DNA of 64,000 nt from Syntrophorhabdaceae bacterium (GCA_963666485.2 CAXXUO010000009.1:352001-416000), one strand, 5' to 3'; shown: positions 45,901 to 55,932, counted from the first letter of the stretch. Numbers and translations are program-made. The notes: a model not told the origin generated them from the letters alone.

Positions 45901-46363
45901 CCTCGTTAAACGCAGCCGCGGCAACAGATGAAAGACGGTCTGCTTCCGCCTTCGCCGCGCGTTGAGGCGGGGACCACGATTGATACAGTTTTACCCTGCG
46001 GATGAGAAGATCGTCCTTCGAAAGCTCCTGATTGAGTTTTGCAATGGTCAGGGCAAAAGACAGTGATCCTTCTTTTTTGGCGGCTTCCGGCTTTAGATCT
46101 CTAAAATAGTTACGGACCAGTTCATCGGCCAGCGGGCACAAAAGATCGATGTGCGATGCAGACAATTGCCTCATTCTCCTGACGTCCCCGGCCTGATATG
46201 CCCGGGTGACCTGGTCTTTGAACTCGTCAAATGTCAGTTTTGAACCCGGTGCGGGCCCTGACCACGCAACAGGGATATTCATAAGGATGAGGACAACCAG
46301 AATAACGGCAGATTGCGTAAGTGTCTTTATAAGGCTCCGGACCTTATACCCGAACATTTTCAC
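42893..46363 (-). CDS. exported TPR + CHAT (caspase-like) protease
   Basis: Signal peptide, many TPRs, SEQAKAR, ATHG (His), LSACNT (Cys), THWSV; C-terminus probably ends at 42934 once one extra base is removed. Confidence 0.9.
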   Translation of the reverse strand: MKMFGYKVRSLIKTLTQSAVILVVLILMNIPVAWSGPAPGSKLTFDEFKDQVTRAYQAGDVRRMRQLSASHIDLLCPLADELVRNYFRDLKPEAAKKEGSLSFALTIAKLNQELSKDDLLIRRVKLYQSWSPPQRAAKAEADRLSSVAAAAFNEGLYGGVPAPAKKAIGLYRQLSDTAGEAETLHYLGQAERKMANYDEAIRTHNKALLLSRDAGDRAGQGQALIDLGDAYERRKDYSKAIEFYKKSLAIFRPEEDWREMGRALCQLGDIYVASADFGGAHESYTRAVHLAEKGRDPVYIARFNDYLGFFYRQLGDYDKAIEYHKKALETAGLIADAGMRAQARARALNHLGLCTEKLADWSSTGNGSASKAKLYREAIEYERQALECAIQVNDRWRQGYIMRALSQLNQELGAVIPAEERLPHYQLSLQWADRALELASSSMGEKEWTGLALHHKFRAQAALGQDKECLQTFQETVKVWESIGDLMSLGRTYQYMALSFYEPRNDYEGALASYDQAIRVYARIHALEYIAAIHLNKGTIYERQGEIEKAKKAYMASIDAMESMRSKLTSEEHKLTFFARRSKPYEALISLLIRSYRKGSHLEDGIQAFYVSEQAKARTFQEMLAKASARRVIGRSNPRIGQYVNRERDLVDNLTQYRNHLTEAFNKPEARRDQNLIKTFEKDLIATETRLAVLEREIESNFPEYADLKKPRPKTIKELQENVLKPGEIIISYFITEENLIAWVITAGDVHIAVTDIKSNELRSKIRSYKYSLEKVGRTGNPDDLAAYNVKAANELYGVLVRSVEKHIQGAQIIYISAHDVLYTLPFETLVKDGPETEELIRKYEGFTLSKAIRSSDYGRIPFLLKSYSVSYLPSVSVLSSVRMFLKDGYGKWSEPLVAFADPVFCPRELKKGGKDVFLNRGTDLALMALRGSGSLTDADPCKVLPRLSATADEVKAIAMTLKAKKKPFLREDARETVLKTIDLKPYRYVTIATHGLLAGEFKVNQPSLVLSLVGDGKNDGLLEMDEVLGLDIHAELVTLSACNTSAAEGGTDKGEGFVGLTRSFMFAGTPSVLVTHWSVESETTRDLMIKAHQMISSKGRAQALRDAKLDMIGRSIDIGGLKISTAHPFFLGRFRPGWRREMRVIQRLAPVFVTY

Positions 46364-46762
46364 GGCCTCTCAAGCTGAAATCAACAACCTCTTCTCTTTT
46401 CTTTTGACATATTTTAAACGGTTTTTGTTCCCCGGCCATGGCATCTTTTCCCGCCTGAGCGTGAATTCCCAAAACATCCTCGTGACCTTTGAAATATTAC
46501 CACGAAGCATACACACATGATGCCGGTTATTTGATCAAAATACCGGGAATATCCGGATCTTTTTCAGCGTCCCCGTGTTTTTCCCGGCATCGGATAAAGA
46601 ATAAAAAGGGGTATAGTAATATTCAACTAACTTTGCTAGAATGAATCCGTACACGTTCACGCTCCTTTTCCGTGTTTCTTTCTCTTTCACGTGCTCGATC
46701 GGGGTTTCGCCACATTTGTCTTAAAATTCGCTGCTATATTAATAAAAAGGGGGAGTACGTAT

Positions 46763-47878
46763 ATGGAGAATGTGAAAAAAGGGAAGCAGGGGACGACCGC
46801 GGCAAACCAGTTTATCGACACCATGACCCTCGTCAATAAGTCGTATGTGTATGAATTCGCCAGCGATGCATATTGCCGGGACCATGGGAGAAAAAGGAAG
46901 GATGTCGTCGGGTATTCCGTCGGGCACGTGTTCGGTGAAGCAAATTTCAACAAATTTATCAAGAAGCACCTGGACCAGTGTTTCGCCGGCCATGTCGTCA
47001 GGTACGAAAACTGGCTGGACATCCCGGGAGAGGAGCCCCGGTTCTACCGCGTCAGCTATTCGCCGTATTTCGATGCCCAGGGAAAGATCACACACGCGGT
47101 CGTATCTTCGGTAGATATCACCAGCAGCAAACGGGAAGAAGAATCACTCGAAAAGAGTCACGCCGCATTTAAAAATATCCTTCAAAATATGCATTATGGG
47201 CTTTTTACTTTCGATACCGAAGGCAAATTCACTTTTATCAACGACATTCTTGTAAAGAGGTCCGGGTATCCCCGGGAGTGGTACATCGGGAAAAGCCTTT
47301 TCGATGTTGTCCGTCCGGAGGAAAAGGAGAGTGTTAGAGAACATTTCCAGGCCACTGTCCGCGGTGAGCAGGTGGAGCCGTACGAATTTGGCTTCAAAAA
47401 AGCTGCCGATGACATCGCGTGGGCCCATATCAGCACCACCGCCATTCGCGATGGTGGTAAAATAGTCGGGGTCCTGGGGGTCGTTCTCGACATCACGAAA
47501 CGCGTACAATCCGATCATGCCCTTGCGATCAGCGAAAAGAAGTACCGGAACCTTTTCGAGGATTCGCTGGACGCCATTTTTATAACGGACGAAAAGGGAC
47601 GGCTGACCGACGTCAACCCGTCTTTTCTCAAGCTTTTCGGGTACACCAAGGAAGAGGCGCAGAAAATGCGCGCGATCGACACATACGTCAATCGTGATGA
47701 GTGCAAGCAGTATGTTAAGGCGATCAACGAGAAGGGATTTGTCGACAAATTTACAGTAAAGCTGAAAAAGAAGAACGGGTCCATCATGACGTGCCTGCTC
47801 AACGGCACGCCCCTGCGCGCCCCGGACGGTAAAATAACGGGCTACCAGGGCGTTGCAAGAGAGATAGACAAGCGTTAA
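46763..47878 (+). CDS. three-PAS protein with no output domain
   Basis: Three PAS/PAC units; stop directly after the last (GYQGVAREIDKR). Confidence 0.85.
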   Translation: MENVKKGKQGTTAANQFIDTMTLVNKSYVYEFASDAYCRDHGRKRKDVVGYSVGHVFGEANFNKFIKKHLDQCFAGHVVRYENWLDIPGEEPRFYRVSYSPYFDAQGKITHAVVSSVDITSSKREEESLEKSHAAFKNILQNMHYGLFTFDTEGKFTFINDILVKRSGYPREWYIGKSLFDVVRPEEKESVREHFQATVRGEQVEPYEFGFKKAADDIAWAHISTTAIRDGGKIVGVLGVVLDITKRVQSDHALAISEKKYRNLFEDSLDAIFITDEKGRLTDVNPSFLKLFGYTKEEAQKMRAIDTYVNRDECKQYVKAINEKGFVDKFTVKLKKKNGSIMTCLLNGTPLRAPDGKITGYQGVAREIDKR

Positions 47879-47902
47879 ACAAGACAGGATGATATCATGG
47901 AC

Positions 47903-47961
47903 GGGCCTTGTGTTCGGTCATTGATCCCGAATGATCGAAATGCAAGGCCCTGTTTGTTTTT
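47903..47961 (+). terminator. intrinsic terminator
   Basis: gggccttg..ttcggtcatt / aatgatcgaa..caaggccc hairpin followed by tgtttgttttt. Confidence 0.7.
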
Positions 47962-48054
47962 CTTATTTCCCGCATCCCTCATATTGATTGTAGGAAGTTT
48001 CTGACGACCATGATATACTGACCGTGTTTCAGGCGTCTTATTTCGTGAACCCAA

Positions 48055-48990
48055 ATGAATATGTTAGTTCGACCGTATAAAGTCATTGCTATTTCAGCGC
48101 TATTTGCGCTTCTTTCGCTCGTTGTTTCAGGCTGTGAAAGCAAATATGAGCATTTGGATCTGGGCGCCTATCAATACCGCGACACAAAAGACCTCGTTAA
48201 GTTCGTGTATGATGCCTCGCTCATTCTGAAAAAAGGCGGTCTGAAAAGCCTGAAGCATTTCCAGGAAAACCGCAGGCTCTATCTTACGCCGGAGCGCTAC
48301 CTTTACATCTACAATACAAATGGGACCAATATTTTCCATGCGGGGATGCCGCACCTCGAAGGTAAAAACCTTCTGGACCTCACTGACAAAAATGGCAAAA
48401 AACCGCTGCGAATGGTGATTGCCGCACTGGATGACCCCGTCAATCCGCACGCCTGGGTCCATTATTCCTGGTGGGAACCCGGTAAATTCTATCCGATCCC
48501 CAAATCATCCTGCCATTTTAAAGTTGTAACACCCGAAGGAGTGGTGTTGTTCGTTGGCGGTGGCCTGGATTATCCCCATGAAGAAAAAGAATTTATCAGG
48601 ATCATCGTTGATGGCGCGGTCCGGTTAATTGAAGAAAAGGGCAGGGCCGCACTTCCCCGGATAGAAGAGCCGGCCTCGCAATACAGTTTTCGCGACGTGA
48701 AAGTGTTTGTTTTTACCCGAACGGGAAAATTGCTGATATCCCCCGTGATGGGTGATAGCCTGGCGGACCTGAAGCTGCTCGACTGCGTGGATGAGATGGG
48801 CCATAAACCGTTCGAGAAAGCGCTCGGTAGATTGCAAAAGGGTAAAGATGCTGTCTGGGAGGTCTTTCTGGCGAAGAACCGGTACGAGCGAATACTTATC
48901 AAGAAGGCCCTGTACCTGCGCAAAACACATATTGCCGGTGAAGAGATCTACGTGGGAGCGATAACCGACCTTCCCCAGCCACCGGGATAA
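48055..48990 (+). CDS. lipoprotein with two single-Cache-like domains
   Basis: VSG-C lipobox; YLYIY..H..LEGKNLLDLTDKNGK..WVHYSW..K; second degenerate copy. Confidence 0.75.
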   Translation: MNMLVRPYKVIAISALFALLSLVVSGCESKYEHLDLGAYQYRDTKDLVKFVYDASLILKKGGLKSLKHFQENRRLYLTPERYLYIYNTNGTNIFHAGMPHLEGKNLLDLTDKNGKKPLRMVIAALDDPVNPHAWVHYSWWEPGKFYPIPKSSCHFKVVTPEGVVLFVGGGLDYPHEEKEFIRIIVDGAVRLIEEKGRAALPRIEEPASQYSFRDVKVFVFTRTGKLLISPVMGDSLADLKLLDCVDEMGHKPFEKALGRLQKGKDAVWEVFLAKNRYERILIKKALYLRKTHIAGEEIYVGAITDLPQPPG

Positions 48991-49002
48991 CTGAGACGGA
49001 GA

Positions 49003-50361
49003 ATGACAGGCCATAAACATTACGAATATTCGGTAAACGAAGTCCCTCCGCTGGGGCATCTATTGCTGTCGGCATTCCAGCATGTCCTTATCATGATCGT
49101 TGCTATCGGCATACCGGTGATCTTTGCCGGTCAGATCAACGAAACGCCGGAATTTACCGCTACGCTCGTGACTTTTTCGATGCTTGCCTCGGGTATCGGC
49201 TCGATCTTGCAGGCCTTGCGGCTGCCTTTTCTGGGTTCCGGCTATCTATGCCCCAATCTCTGTGGCCCTTCTTTTCTGAGCCTTTCCCTTTCCGCCGCGT
49301 GGGTCGGCGGCCTGCCCCTGATGCGCGGCATTACCGTGGTGGCCGGCCTGGTCGAGGTGCTGCTTGCCCCGGTCATCCAAAAGCTGAAAAGCGTATTCCC
49401 AATCTATATTGTCGGGCTTGTTGTCGCACTGGTCGGGATCAGCATCATTTCGATCTCGATAACATCCTTCTTTGGCCTGAGCCTTCAAAGGGACGCGATA
49501 AACAATGCGGACATCATAATCGGCACCGTTTCATTATTGATAATGATCTTCTGCAATCTATGGGGGAAGGGTTTTATCAGGATCTATTGCCTCATTATCG
49601 GCATGTTCTCGGGGTGGATCCTGGCCCTGATAGTAGTTCCCGAGTACTGGCACAACCTTCAGTTGCTCAAAAACAGCCCGCTTTTCGCCCTGCCCCAATT
49701 CAGTGCGCTCTTCCATCCGATCACGCTGCGCCTTGACCTCATGATCCCTCTGATCGTTATCGCGATAGGCAGCACCCTGAAAACCTTCGGCAATCTCCTG
49801 GCTGCGCAGAAGTTCTCGGAGCCGGAACTCGACAGCGTCAACTATGTTCCGATTCGTAACGGTATTGTGGCGGATGGACTGGCGACCGCCCTGTCAGGAT
49901 TGCTCGGGGCCATGGCAGTCGACACATCGTCCAGCAACATCGGACTGGCGGGAGCCACCCGGGTTCTGAGCAGGTCGATCGGCATCGTAGCAGGTATCAT
50001 TTTTATCGTGCTTGCATTTTTTCCGATGTTGACAAACGCCCTTGCACTTATGCCAAAACCCGTTCTTGGCGCCGCGCTCATTTTCAGCGGTTGTTTCATG
50101 ATCTGCGCGGGGCTGCAGCAGATGCTCGGCGAGAATTGGGATCCACATAAAACCTTCGTGGTTGGCATCGCATTATTTTTTGGCCTGAGCACCGCATTTC
50201 TCCCTTCTCTTTACGCCCGGGCACCACAGATCATACAAACGTTCTTCACCGATCCGCTGCCGACCACAACGATCCTCGCTGTTTTACTTCATCAGGTTTT
50301 TCACCTCGATACAGCGTTCAAGAAAATAAGGAATGCGCTGGCGCGCAAGAAACTTTCATAA
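49003..50361 (+). CDS. NCS2 (xanthine/uracil-type) permease
   Basis: AFQHVL, GIVADGL, SSNIGL..TRVLSR signature, MPKPVLG. Confidence 0.88.
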   Translation: MTGHKHYEYSVNEVPPLGHLLLSAFQHVLIMIVAIGIPVIFAGQINETPEFTATLVTFSMLASGIGSILQALRLPFLGSGYLCPNLCGPSFLSLSLSAAWVGGLPLMRGITVVAGLVEVLLAPVIQKLKSVFPIYIVGLVVALVGISIISISITSFFGLSLQRDAINNADIIIGTVSLLIMIFCNLWGKGFIRIYCLIIGMFSGWILALIVVPEYWHNLQLLKNSPLFALPQFSALFHPITLRLDLMIPLIVIAIGSTLKTFGNLLAAQKFSEPELDSVNYVPIRNGIVADGLATALSGLLGAMAVDTSSSNIGLAGATRVLSRSIGIVAGIIFIVLAFFPMLTNALALMPKPVLGAALIFSGCFMICAGLQQMLGENWDPHKTFVVGIALFFGLSTAFLPSLYARAPQIIQTFFTDPLPTTTILAVLLHQVFHLDTAFKKIRNALARKKLS

Positions 50362-50398
50362 CGGAAGCCGAAACTGGGGACCTTCTGACGTTCATGCA

Positions 50399-51136
50399 TC
50401 ACTTATCCTGAAAGGCCGCATTTGCCAACCACACATGGTTCAGTTCAGCATATCGTCTGTCATTTGTGCGCCTTTTCCGTACAGGCTGCGCCGGCGAACC
50501 GCTTACGACCATTCCCGTCTCAACGTCGCGGGCCACGATGGATTTAGCGGAAACGATCGCCCCATCGCCAACAGTGACGCCCGCAAGGATGGTTGAGTCG
50601 GAGTAGATCAGGGCGTAATTGCCTATGGTCACTTTCGCATATGAGCGGGCCTCATGGTTAGATTCGGAATGAGAATGGGTGAATATCTGAACATTTTCAG
50701 CCAACCCCACACCGTCCCCCATTTCAACGCCCCCCTTTGAATCAATATACACTCCACGGTTGAAAAAAACGTCGTTACCAAGTTCGATGCCCTGTCCGAA
50801 ATTGAAGCGACAGTTTTCCTCTGCAATAAAATTTTTTCCGCATTTCTTGAAAAGAGCCCCGGCGATCACCCGCCGGAATGGTATGGCAAAATCTACATTG
50901 AGGCAGATCGGGCTTTTATCAAGGGCATCCCACAGGAAATGAAGATAACGCTGACTATGGGTAAATCCGTACTCAGTGACTTTCGGTAGAACCTCGCTGT
51001 AAAGTCTCAGCTCGCCCAGGGTTTCCAGGGGAAAATTGCGTACACCCATGATCATCAGGATCTCTGCAGTTCCTTTTTCGTCCACACCTGTTTTGATGAT
51101 ATTTTCAACCGTATTGAGACTCTCGCTGATTCCCAT
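50399..51136 (-). CDS. hexapeptide-repeat acyltransferase
   Basis: Left-handed beta-helix repeats, IFTHSH, GVTVGDGAIV..GSPAQ. Confidence 0.85.
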   Translation of the reverse strand: MGISESLNTVENIIKTGVDEKGTAEILMIMGVRNFPLETLGELRLYSEVLPKVTEYGFTHSQRYLHFLWDALDKSPICLNVDFAIPFRRVIAGALFKKCGKNFIAEENCRFNFGQGIELGNDVFFNRGVYIDSKGGVEMGDGVGLAENVQIFTHSHSESNHEARSYAKVTIGNYALIYSDSTILAGVTVGDGAIVSAKSIVARDVETGMVVSGSPAQPVRKRRTNDRRYAELNHVWLANAAFQDK

Positions 51137-51294
51137 AGCCGCTCCTTTAGTACGTCTGCTGTGCCTGCATGTAACAATACTATCACATTACCAAATGGGC
51201 GAACGCAAAATCAGCTCCCCCGGGATCGAGATAGTGCGAACGCAGACGCGAGCATGGGGTCCGACACGCCGCAGGTTTTCATGCCGCGGTTCGG

Positions 51295-54200
51295 TCACAG
51301 ATCCGGGGGATGGAAGTTGTCTGACCCAAAGTTCCCATTGCCGCCATGGTTAACGATGGGGGCCAGCAGACGTTCGGGCATGGTGAACCTGAGCCTGTTC
51401 CGGAGCGTTTGACCATCGGCCCCGACCGGGTTGGCAAAGATGAGACCCATAAACGTTCCAAGATTGGCCGCTCCGGTGGTATTAATCGTATTATGAAGGA
51501 AAAGGGCTTCAGCGTGATCGATCCTTTCCGCAATCTGTTGGGCAGTCTCCAGGTTGTTTACGACCATGTTCAAAGGCACGTACGCAGGCAGGCCCATAGC
51601 GTTGAACTGGAGGGTAACGAGCGTCGCCTGGAAATCCCACAACAAATACTGTAAAAAATTGCCGTTGACCAGGTGTACAAAAGCCTGAAGATTATACCCC
51701 CCTGCAAGCCTTGCCGCCCATCGCCCCATACGGAGTACAAATAAATTTTGGTACGCCTGGGCCCAGATGAGACGAAGATTCCCCTCGTATTGACTGCCCG
51801 GTTCGACATGACCGCCCGTAAACAGGGTAAATATGTGCCTCAGGTGCAATTGCGCTTCGTCGATCTCGTGTTCCCAGACATGGCCTGTCGGGTCGGTGTA
51901 CCGTATCGGGTTGTTCCCCACGTAGCTGTAGGGGTTCAAGGCCTGCGGGTTATGGAGTCCCGGGATGACGGCGTCGGGCGTCAGGAACCGTCCGATCTCC
52001 GGGTCGAAAAGGCGGGACCTGTAATTATAAAGCAGCTCCTCCCGGTCGTATTCCTGTCCCGTATACATGTAATCGGTAGCGGTCAGGGCGGACTTCCCGC
52101 GGCGGAAGGCACCGAACGGAGCATACTCGGTGCTCTCGAGTTTAGCCCCGGCACTGTCGGTCACGAGCGTGGTGCTCCCGAGGTGGTCGTGATGAAACCA
52201 CGCGACATTCCCGTTTTTATCCGTCCTGGCGAACTTGCGGTCGCCGGCGGAGAAGTACGTCACCTTCGAGAACTGATCCACCATGTAGTCCGGGGAAACA
52301 TAATGGTTCCAACCTTTGAGGGCCGCCGATTTAAAATTGTACTTGAACCTGGCCCCCCGGTCGCTGCCCGGCTCGTAGGCGAACTTCACGGTGGCCGCCT
52401 CGATGCCGGCGTAATCGATCTTGTCGATCATTCCGCCTCCCGTGTACGAGGCGAGCCGCCGGGGCGAGAGGTTGAACCACGGTTGCCCGGTAATGTTCCC
52501 CGACGTGTCGCTTGTGACGGCATAGCTGTTGGTCCCCGATGAAACATTCGTGAGCAGGTAGGGACGCTCGGCGCTGTACCTGTAACTGTAACTTTGATAT
52601 TTCTCCTCCCGTCCGGTTATGTTCCCGCCGATGTCGTATGTGTAAGTATAGCTGTCATTGTCTGCGCTGCTCGATTCGTTGAGGAGGCGGTGCACGCTGT
52701 CGTAGGAGTAGGTAAGCGTCTTGCCGTTGACCAGGTCTTTCTTCGTCTTTACGTCCCCCGAGTTGTAATAGGTGTAATCCCAGCCCTGCAGCGGGGTGCC
52801 GCCGGAGGTGGTCGTCGACATGGACTTGAGCCGTGAGCTTTCCGGGTAATAGGAATAGTCGGTCCTCGTGCTGTTCGCATAGGTGATGGACTCCATCCGT
52901 TTCCCGGCTGTATAGGTAAACCCGGCCGTCTGGCCGCGCGGTAGAGTTACGGCGCTGATGAGCTGCGTTCCCGGGACATAGTCGTAATAGACGACGGCGC
53001 CGTCCGGGTGGGTTGTCGAATCGAGCCGGCCCGCCGTGTCATACGCATAGGATGTAGAGTAGTTCATCGGGAAACTGAAGGGGGAGAGCGACATTGTCTT
53101 GTCTTCCCGCGTTACCCTTCCCATCGCGTCGTAATTGCAGGTATACCCGATGCCGTCGCTGTGCCAGGACGTGTAGACGCGCCCCTTCCCGTTCGCCACG
53201 TTGGGGTTGTCCCAGGTGTGATCGATCGTCCTCGTCTGCCCGCCCGCCTTCACGTACTCGATCCTTGTTATACGGTTCATGGCATCGTAGGCGTAGTTCA
53301 CGGTCTCGCCGGACGGGCCGGTCTCCTGTATGAGGTTGCCGTTGTTGTCATAGAGCGGGTATGTCCAGTTGTCGCCGGCCGGCCCTTTCATGGATGTCCT
53401 CATGCCCCTTAAGTCATAGGTGAACGTGGCTTTCGATTTCTCTCCCGGGGGGCCGGTGATGCTTGTCGGATCGCCAGCAGCATTGTAGGTATAATACGTG
53501 GGCGAGCCGTTGCCGTCGGTTTTCTTGATGATCCTGCCGATATCATCCAGAAATTCATGGGTCACATTACCATCCGGGTCGGTAATCTTCACCGTGCGCA
53601 GGTCGGGGTATTCGTATTTGGTATCGGCAGTCTCGATGAGCCAGGGGTATTTCTGGTTGATGCTTTTCCTGGTCGCCGCCAGCCTGCCCTTGTCATCATA
53701 CGTGGTCCATTGGCGAAGGCAGCCCTTGATGCCGAGATCGCAGTAACCGGACAGGTACGGGTTTGCGATGAAAGCAGGGGTGTTTGCCGGGTAGGGCCCG
53801 ATCGAGTAATTTAAGCGTCCTGCATAATCGTAATGCATGTTCGTTATCGAGAAGGAACCGGTCCCGATGGGCCTCGCGGATCCGACCACCTTACCGAAGC
53901 CATCAAAATAATCTTTGGAGACAAACTCCCATATCCCGCCCGCCTTGATCTCCTTGAGCACGGACCGGGGGGTCGCGGCCCCGGTGTAATCGGTATACAC
54001 AAAATGGTCCGCGCCCCCGTCAGGATAATCCGTATAGCTCAACCGGCCAAATTCGTCATACGTGTAAAAGGTCTCATTCCCGTTCACGTCCCTTCTCGTC
54101 TTTATCCGGCCGAACCTGTCGTAATCATATGCCCGTGCAGCGGTGAGTCCATTGGGCGTCGTGATCTTTTTCGGGTAAAGCCGCAGGGAATCATCGTACT

Positions 54201-55932
54201 CATATTTCGTTATGTTCCCGTTGGGGTCCTTCACCTGCAGAGGGTTCCCGTAGACATCGAATTGGGTAGCCTCGATCGCGGCTTTCGTAGTCCCGGTGAC
54301 AGAGATCAGGACCTTGCTTACCCTGCCTTTGTCGTTATACTGGAACTCGCTCTTTCGCTGCAGCTTCTTTGCGTTCCCTACCATTTCGGAGACGGAAAAG
54401 CTCGTCGGCTGGAGCCAGTAGAATTTCGGGTTTTTCTCGATAATGCCGAGGCGGTCTTCCCACGTGTAGTCCAGAATGATCCTGTTGCGCCCCGGGCCGC
54501 TCATGAGGACCTGCTTCAGGTACTGGTACGTATCGTTATGATGGAACTCCGTCACACTTGCGCCCCCCGATATAACCCCGCTAACCGGGCTGTAATACTG
54601 CGTTGTCTTTTTGTCGAGGCGCACAGTGCCGTCGGCCTCACCCCAGGAGTACGTGACCTTCTGGCGGATGGGGCCGCTCTGCTCGTACCATTCCGGGAGT
54701 CCTGCCCCGGCACCGTCGCCCGTCGTGAATTGCGTCGTCACCGTTGTCAGGTCGGGGCGTGTGACGGTGACCTGTTTGAAGATCAGGCTGCCGTAGCTGT
54801 TCAGGGTGCCTCCCGTGTACGCGTAGCCTGTCCGCATTGCGCTGCCCTGTCCGTTGTCGGCCGTCACCTTCGACAGCACGGCGACTTTCTTTCCTGTGGC
54901 GTATGTGTAGGAGTTGTAGTCGTAAGTGGTCAGGCCTCCCTCGCCGTTGTCGATGGTGTGCACGTAGTCGCAGTACGGTGAAATTTCACCGGAGTAGGTC
55001 CAGTCGATCTCGATGGCCGGACGGGATCTGCCAAACGAGGAACGGGTAACCGTTCTCAGGCGGTTGTATCGGGTGTCGGCGCTGCACTCATAGACGAGAT
55101 CGTATCGGGCGATCTCTTTATCGAGGTGATTTGTCTGGATGGATTCCAGGTTCTTCGTCGCGCTGCCGAGGTTGAAGTTTACCGAGTACACGGTGCTGTC
55201 CTTCGTCCCGTAGGCAGCTTTTTCCGGATAGTACACGTACCCATTCCAGTCGTAGTACTTGTTATACGTAATCGAAAGGTAATTGTCGCTGCGGTCCCTC
55301 GTTGAGAGAAGGCCCCACTTTTCCGTGAACGCATCGTCATCGCCGCCCTTGTGGTAGGCGTTGGTCTTCTGGCTGCTGTCGCTTGTGTCGCTCACCCATT
55401 GCCCGAAGGTGTGCTTGAGGCCGTTCAGCGTCCCGTACCAGGTGCTGTAAAGCTTCTCCCCGGCATCCCCTTCCCGGCAGAACTTCCCTGCGGGGCGGTT
55501 GTGCCTGAGTACATAATACTCGTACTTCCACTGCCCGCTGCGGCCGTATTCGGTACTGACCCTGACCAGTTCCTGGATGTTATCGCCCGCCACGTAATAA
55601 TACCTCTCGTATCCGGGTTTACCCCTCTTCTGGATGGAGCCGAGTTCCAGGTCCCACCCCCTGCCCAGCCAGCCGGCGGCCCCGGCACTCGAATAGGTCA
55701 GGTCGAGAGAAGGCGTCAGGCCCTTGCGGAACTGCGGGACCTCTATGGGGATCGTCGCGTTCGCGGTACCGCCCGTCACAGGGCCTGTTATCTTTGCGAC
55801 AGGGCAGATGTTGGCAGCCTCAATGTCAGGCGCCAGCGCCAACAACGTGAGGGCGGCCTGCAAAAGGACGCACATCGACCAAAGCATAATTGGAGAGAGG
55901 AACGGGAAGCGCCGGTCTGCTGCGGTACTCAT
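51295..55932 (-). CDS. RHS/YD-repeat protein with SpvB-like N-terminus and variable C-terminal domain
   Basis: IPIEVP..PSLDLTYSS..GWLGRGWDL; YD repeats; HHDHLGS, YTGQEYD, LNPYSYVGNNPIRYTDPTG. Confidence 0.92.
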   Translation of the reverse strand: MSTAADRRFPFLSPIMLWSMCVLLQAALTLLALAPDIEAANICPVAKITGPVTGGTANATIPIEVPQFRKGLTPSLDLTYSSAGAAGWLGRGWDLELGSIQKRGKPGYERYYYVAGDNIQELVRVSTEYGRSGQWKYEYYVLRHNRPAGKFCREGDAGEKLYSTWYGTLNGLKHTFGQWVSDTSDSSQKTNAYHKGGDDDAFTEKWGLLSTRDRSDNYLSITYNKYYDWNGYVYYPEKAAYGTKDSTVYSVNFNLGSATKNLESIQTNHLDKEIARYDLVYECSADTRYNRLRTVTRSSFGRSRPAIEIDWTYSGEISPYCDYVHTIDNGEGGLTTYDYNSYTYATGKKVAVLSKVTADNGQGSAMRTGYAYTGGTLNSYGSLIFKQVTVTRPDLTTVTTQFTTGDGAGAGLPEWYEQSGPIRQKVTYSWGEADGTVRLDKKTTQYYSPVSGVISGGASVTEFHHNDTYQYLKQVLMSGPGRNRIILDYTWEDRLGIIEKNPKFYWLQPTSFSVSEMVGNAKKLQRKSEFQYNDKGRVSKVLISVTGTTKAAIEATQFDVYGNPLQVKDPNGNITKYEYDDSLRLYPKKITTPNGLTAARAYDYDRFGRIKTRRDVNGNETFYTYDEFGRLSYTDYPDGGADHFVYTDYTGAATPRSVLKEIKAGGIWEFVSKDYFDGFGKVVGSARPIGTGSFSITNMHYDYAGRLNYSIGPYPANTPAFIANPYLSGYCDLGIKGCLRQWTTYDDKGRLAATRKSINQKYPWLIETADTKYEYPDLRTVKITDPDGNVTHEFLDDIGRIIKKTDGNGSPTYYTYNAAGDPTSITGPPGEKSKATFTYDLRGMRTSMKGPAGDNWTYPLYDNNGNLIQETGPSGETVNYAYDAMNRITRIEYVKAGGQTRTIDHTWDNPNVANGKGRVYTSWHSDGIGYTCNYDAMGRVTREDKTMSLSPFSFPMNYSTSYAYDTAGRLDSTTHPDGAVVYYDYVPGTQLISAVTLPRGQTAGFTYTAGKRMESITYANSTRTDYSYYPESSRLKSMSTTTSGGTPLQGWDYTYYNSGDVKTKKDLVNGKTLTYSYDSVHRLLNESSSADNDSYTYTYDIGGNITGREEKYQSYSYRYSAERPYLLTNVSSGTNSYAVTSDTSGNITGQPWFNLSPRRLASYTGGGMIDKIDYAGIEAATVKFAYEPGSDRGARFKYNFKSAALKGWNHYVSPDYMVDQFSKVTYFSAGDRKFARTDKNGNVAWFHHDHLGSTTLVTDSAGAKLESTEYAPFGAFRRGKSALTATDYMYTGQEYDREELLYNYRSRLFDPEIGRFLTPDAVIPGLHNPQALNPYSYVGNNPIRYTDPTGHVWEHEIDEAQLHLRHIFTLFTGGHVEPGSQYEGNLRLIWAQAYQNLFVLRMGRWAARLAGGYNLQAFVHLVNGNFLQYLLWDFQATLVTLQFNAMGLPAYVPLNMVVNNLETAQQIAERIDHAEALFLHNTINTTGAANLGTFMGLIFANPVGADGQTLRNRLRFTMPERLLAPIVNHGGNGNFGSDNFHPPDL

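Noticed and set aside
53833..54981. Long antisense ORFs here and over proS, the M24 peptidase, glcD-like, gspE and gspK
   Set aside because: Shadow ORFs opposite well-supported genes, expected from GC-rich codon usage.
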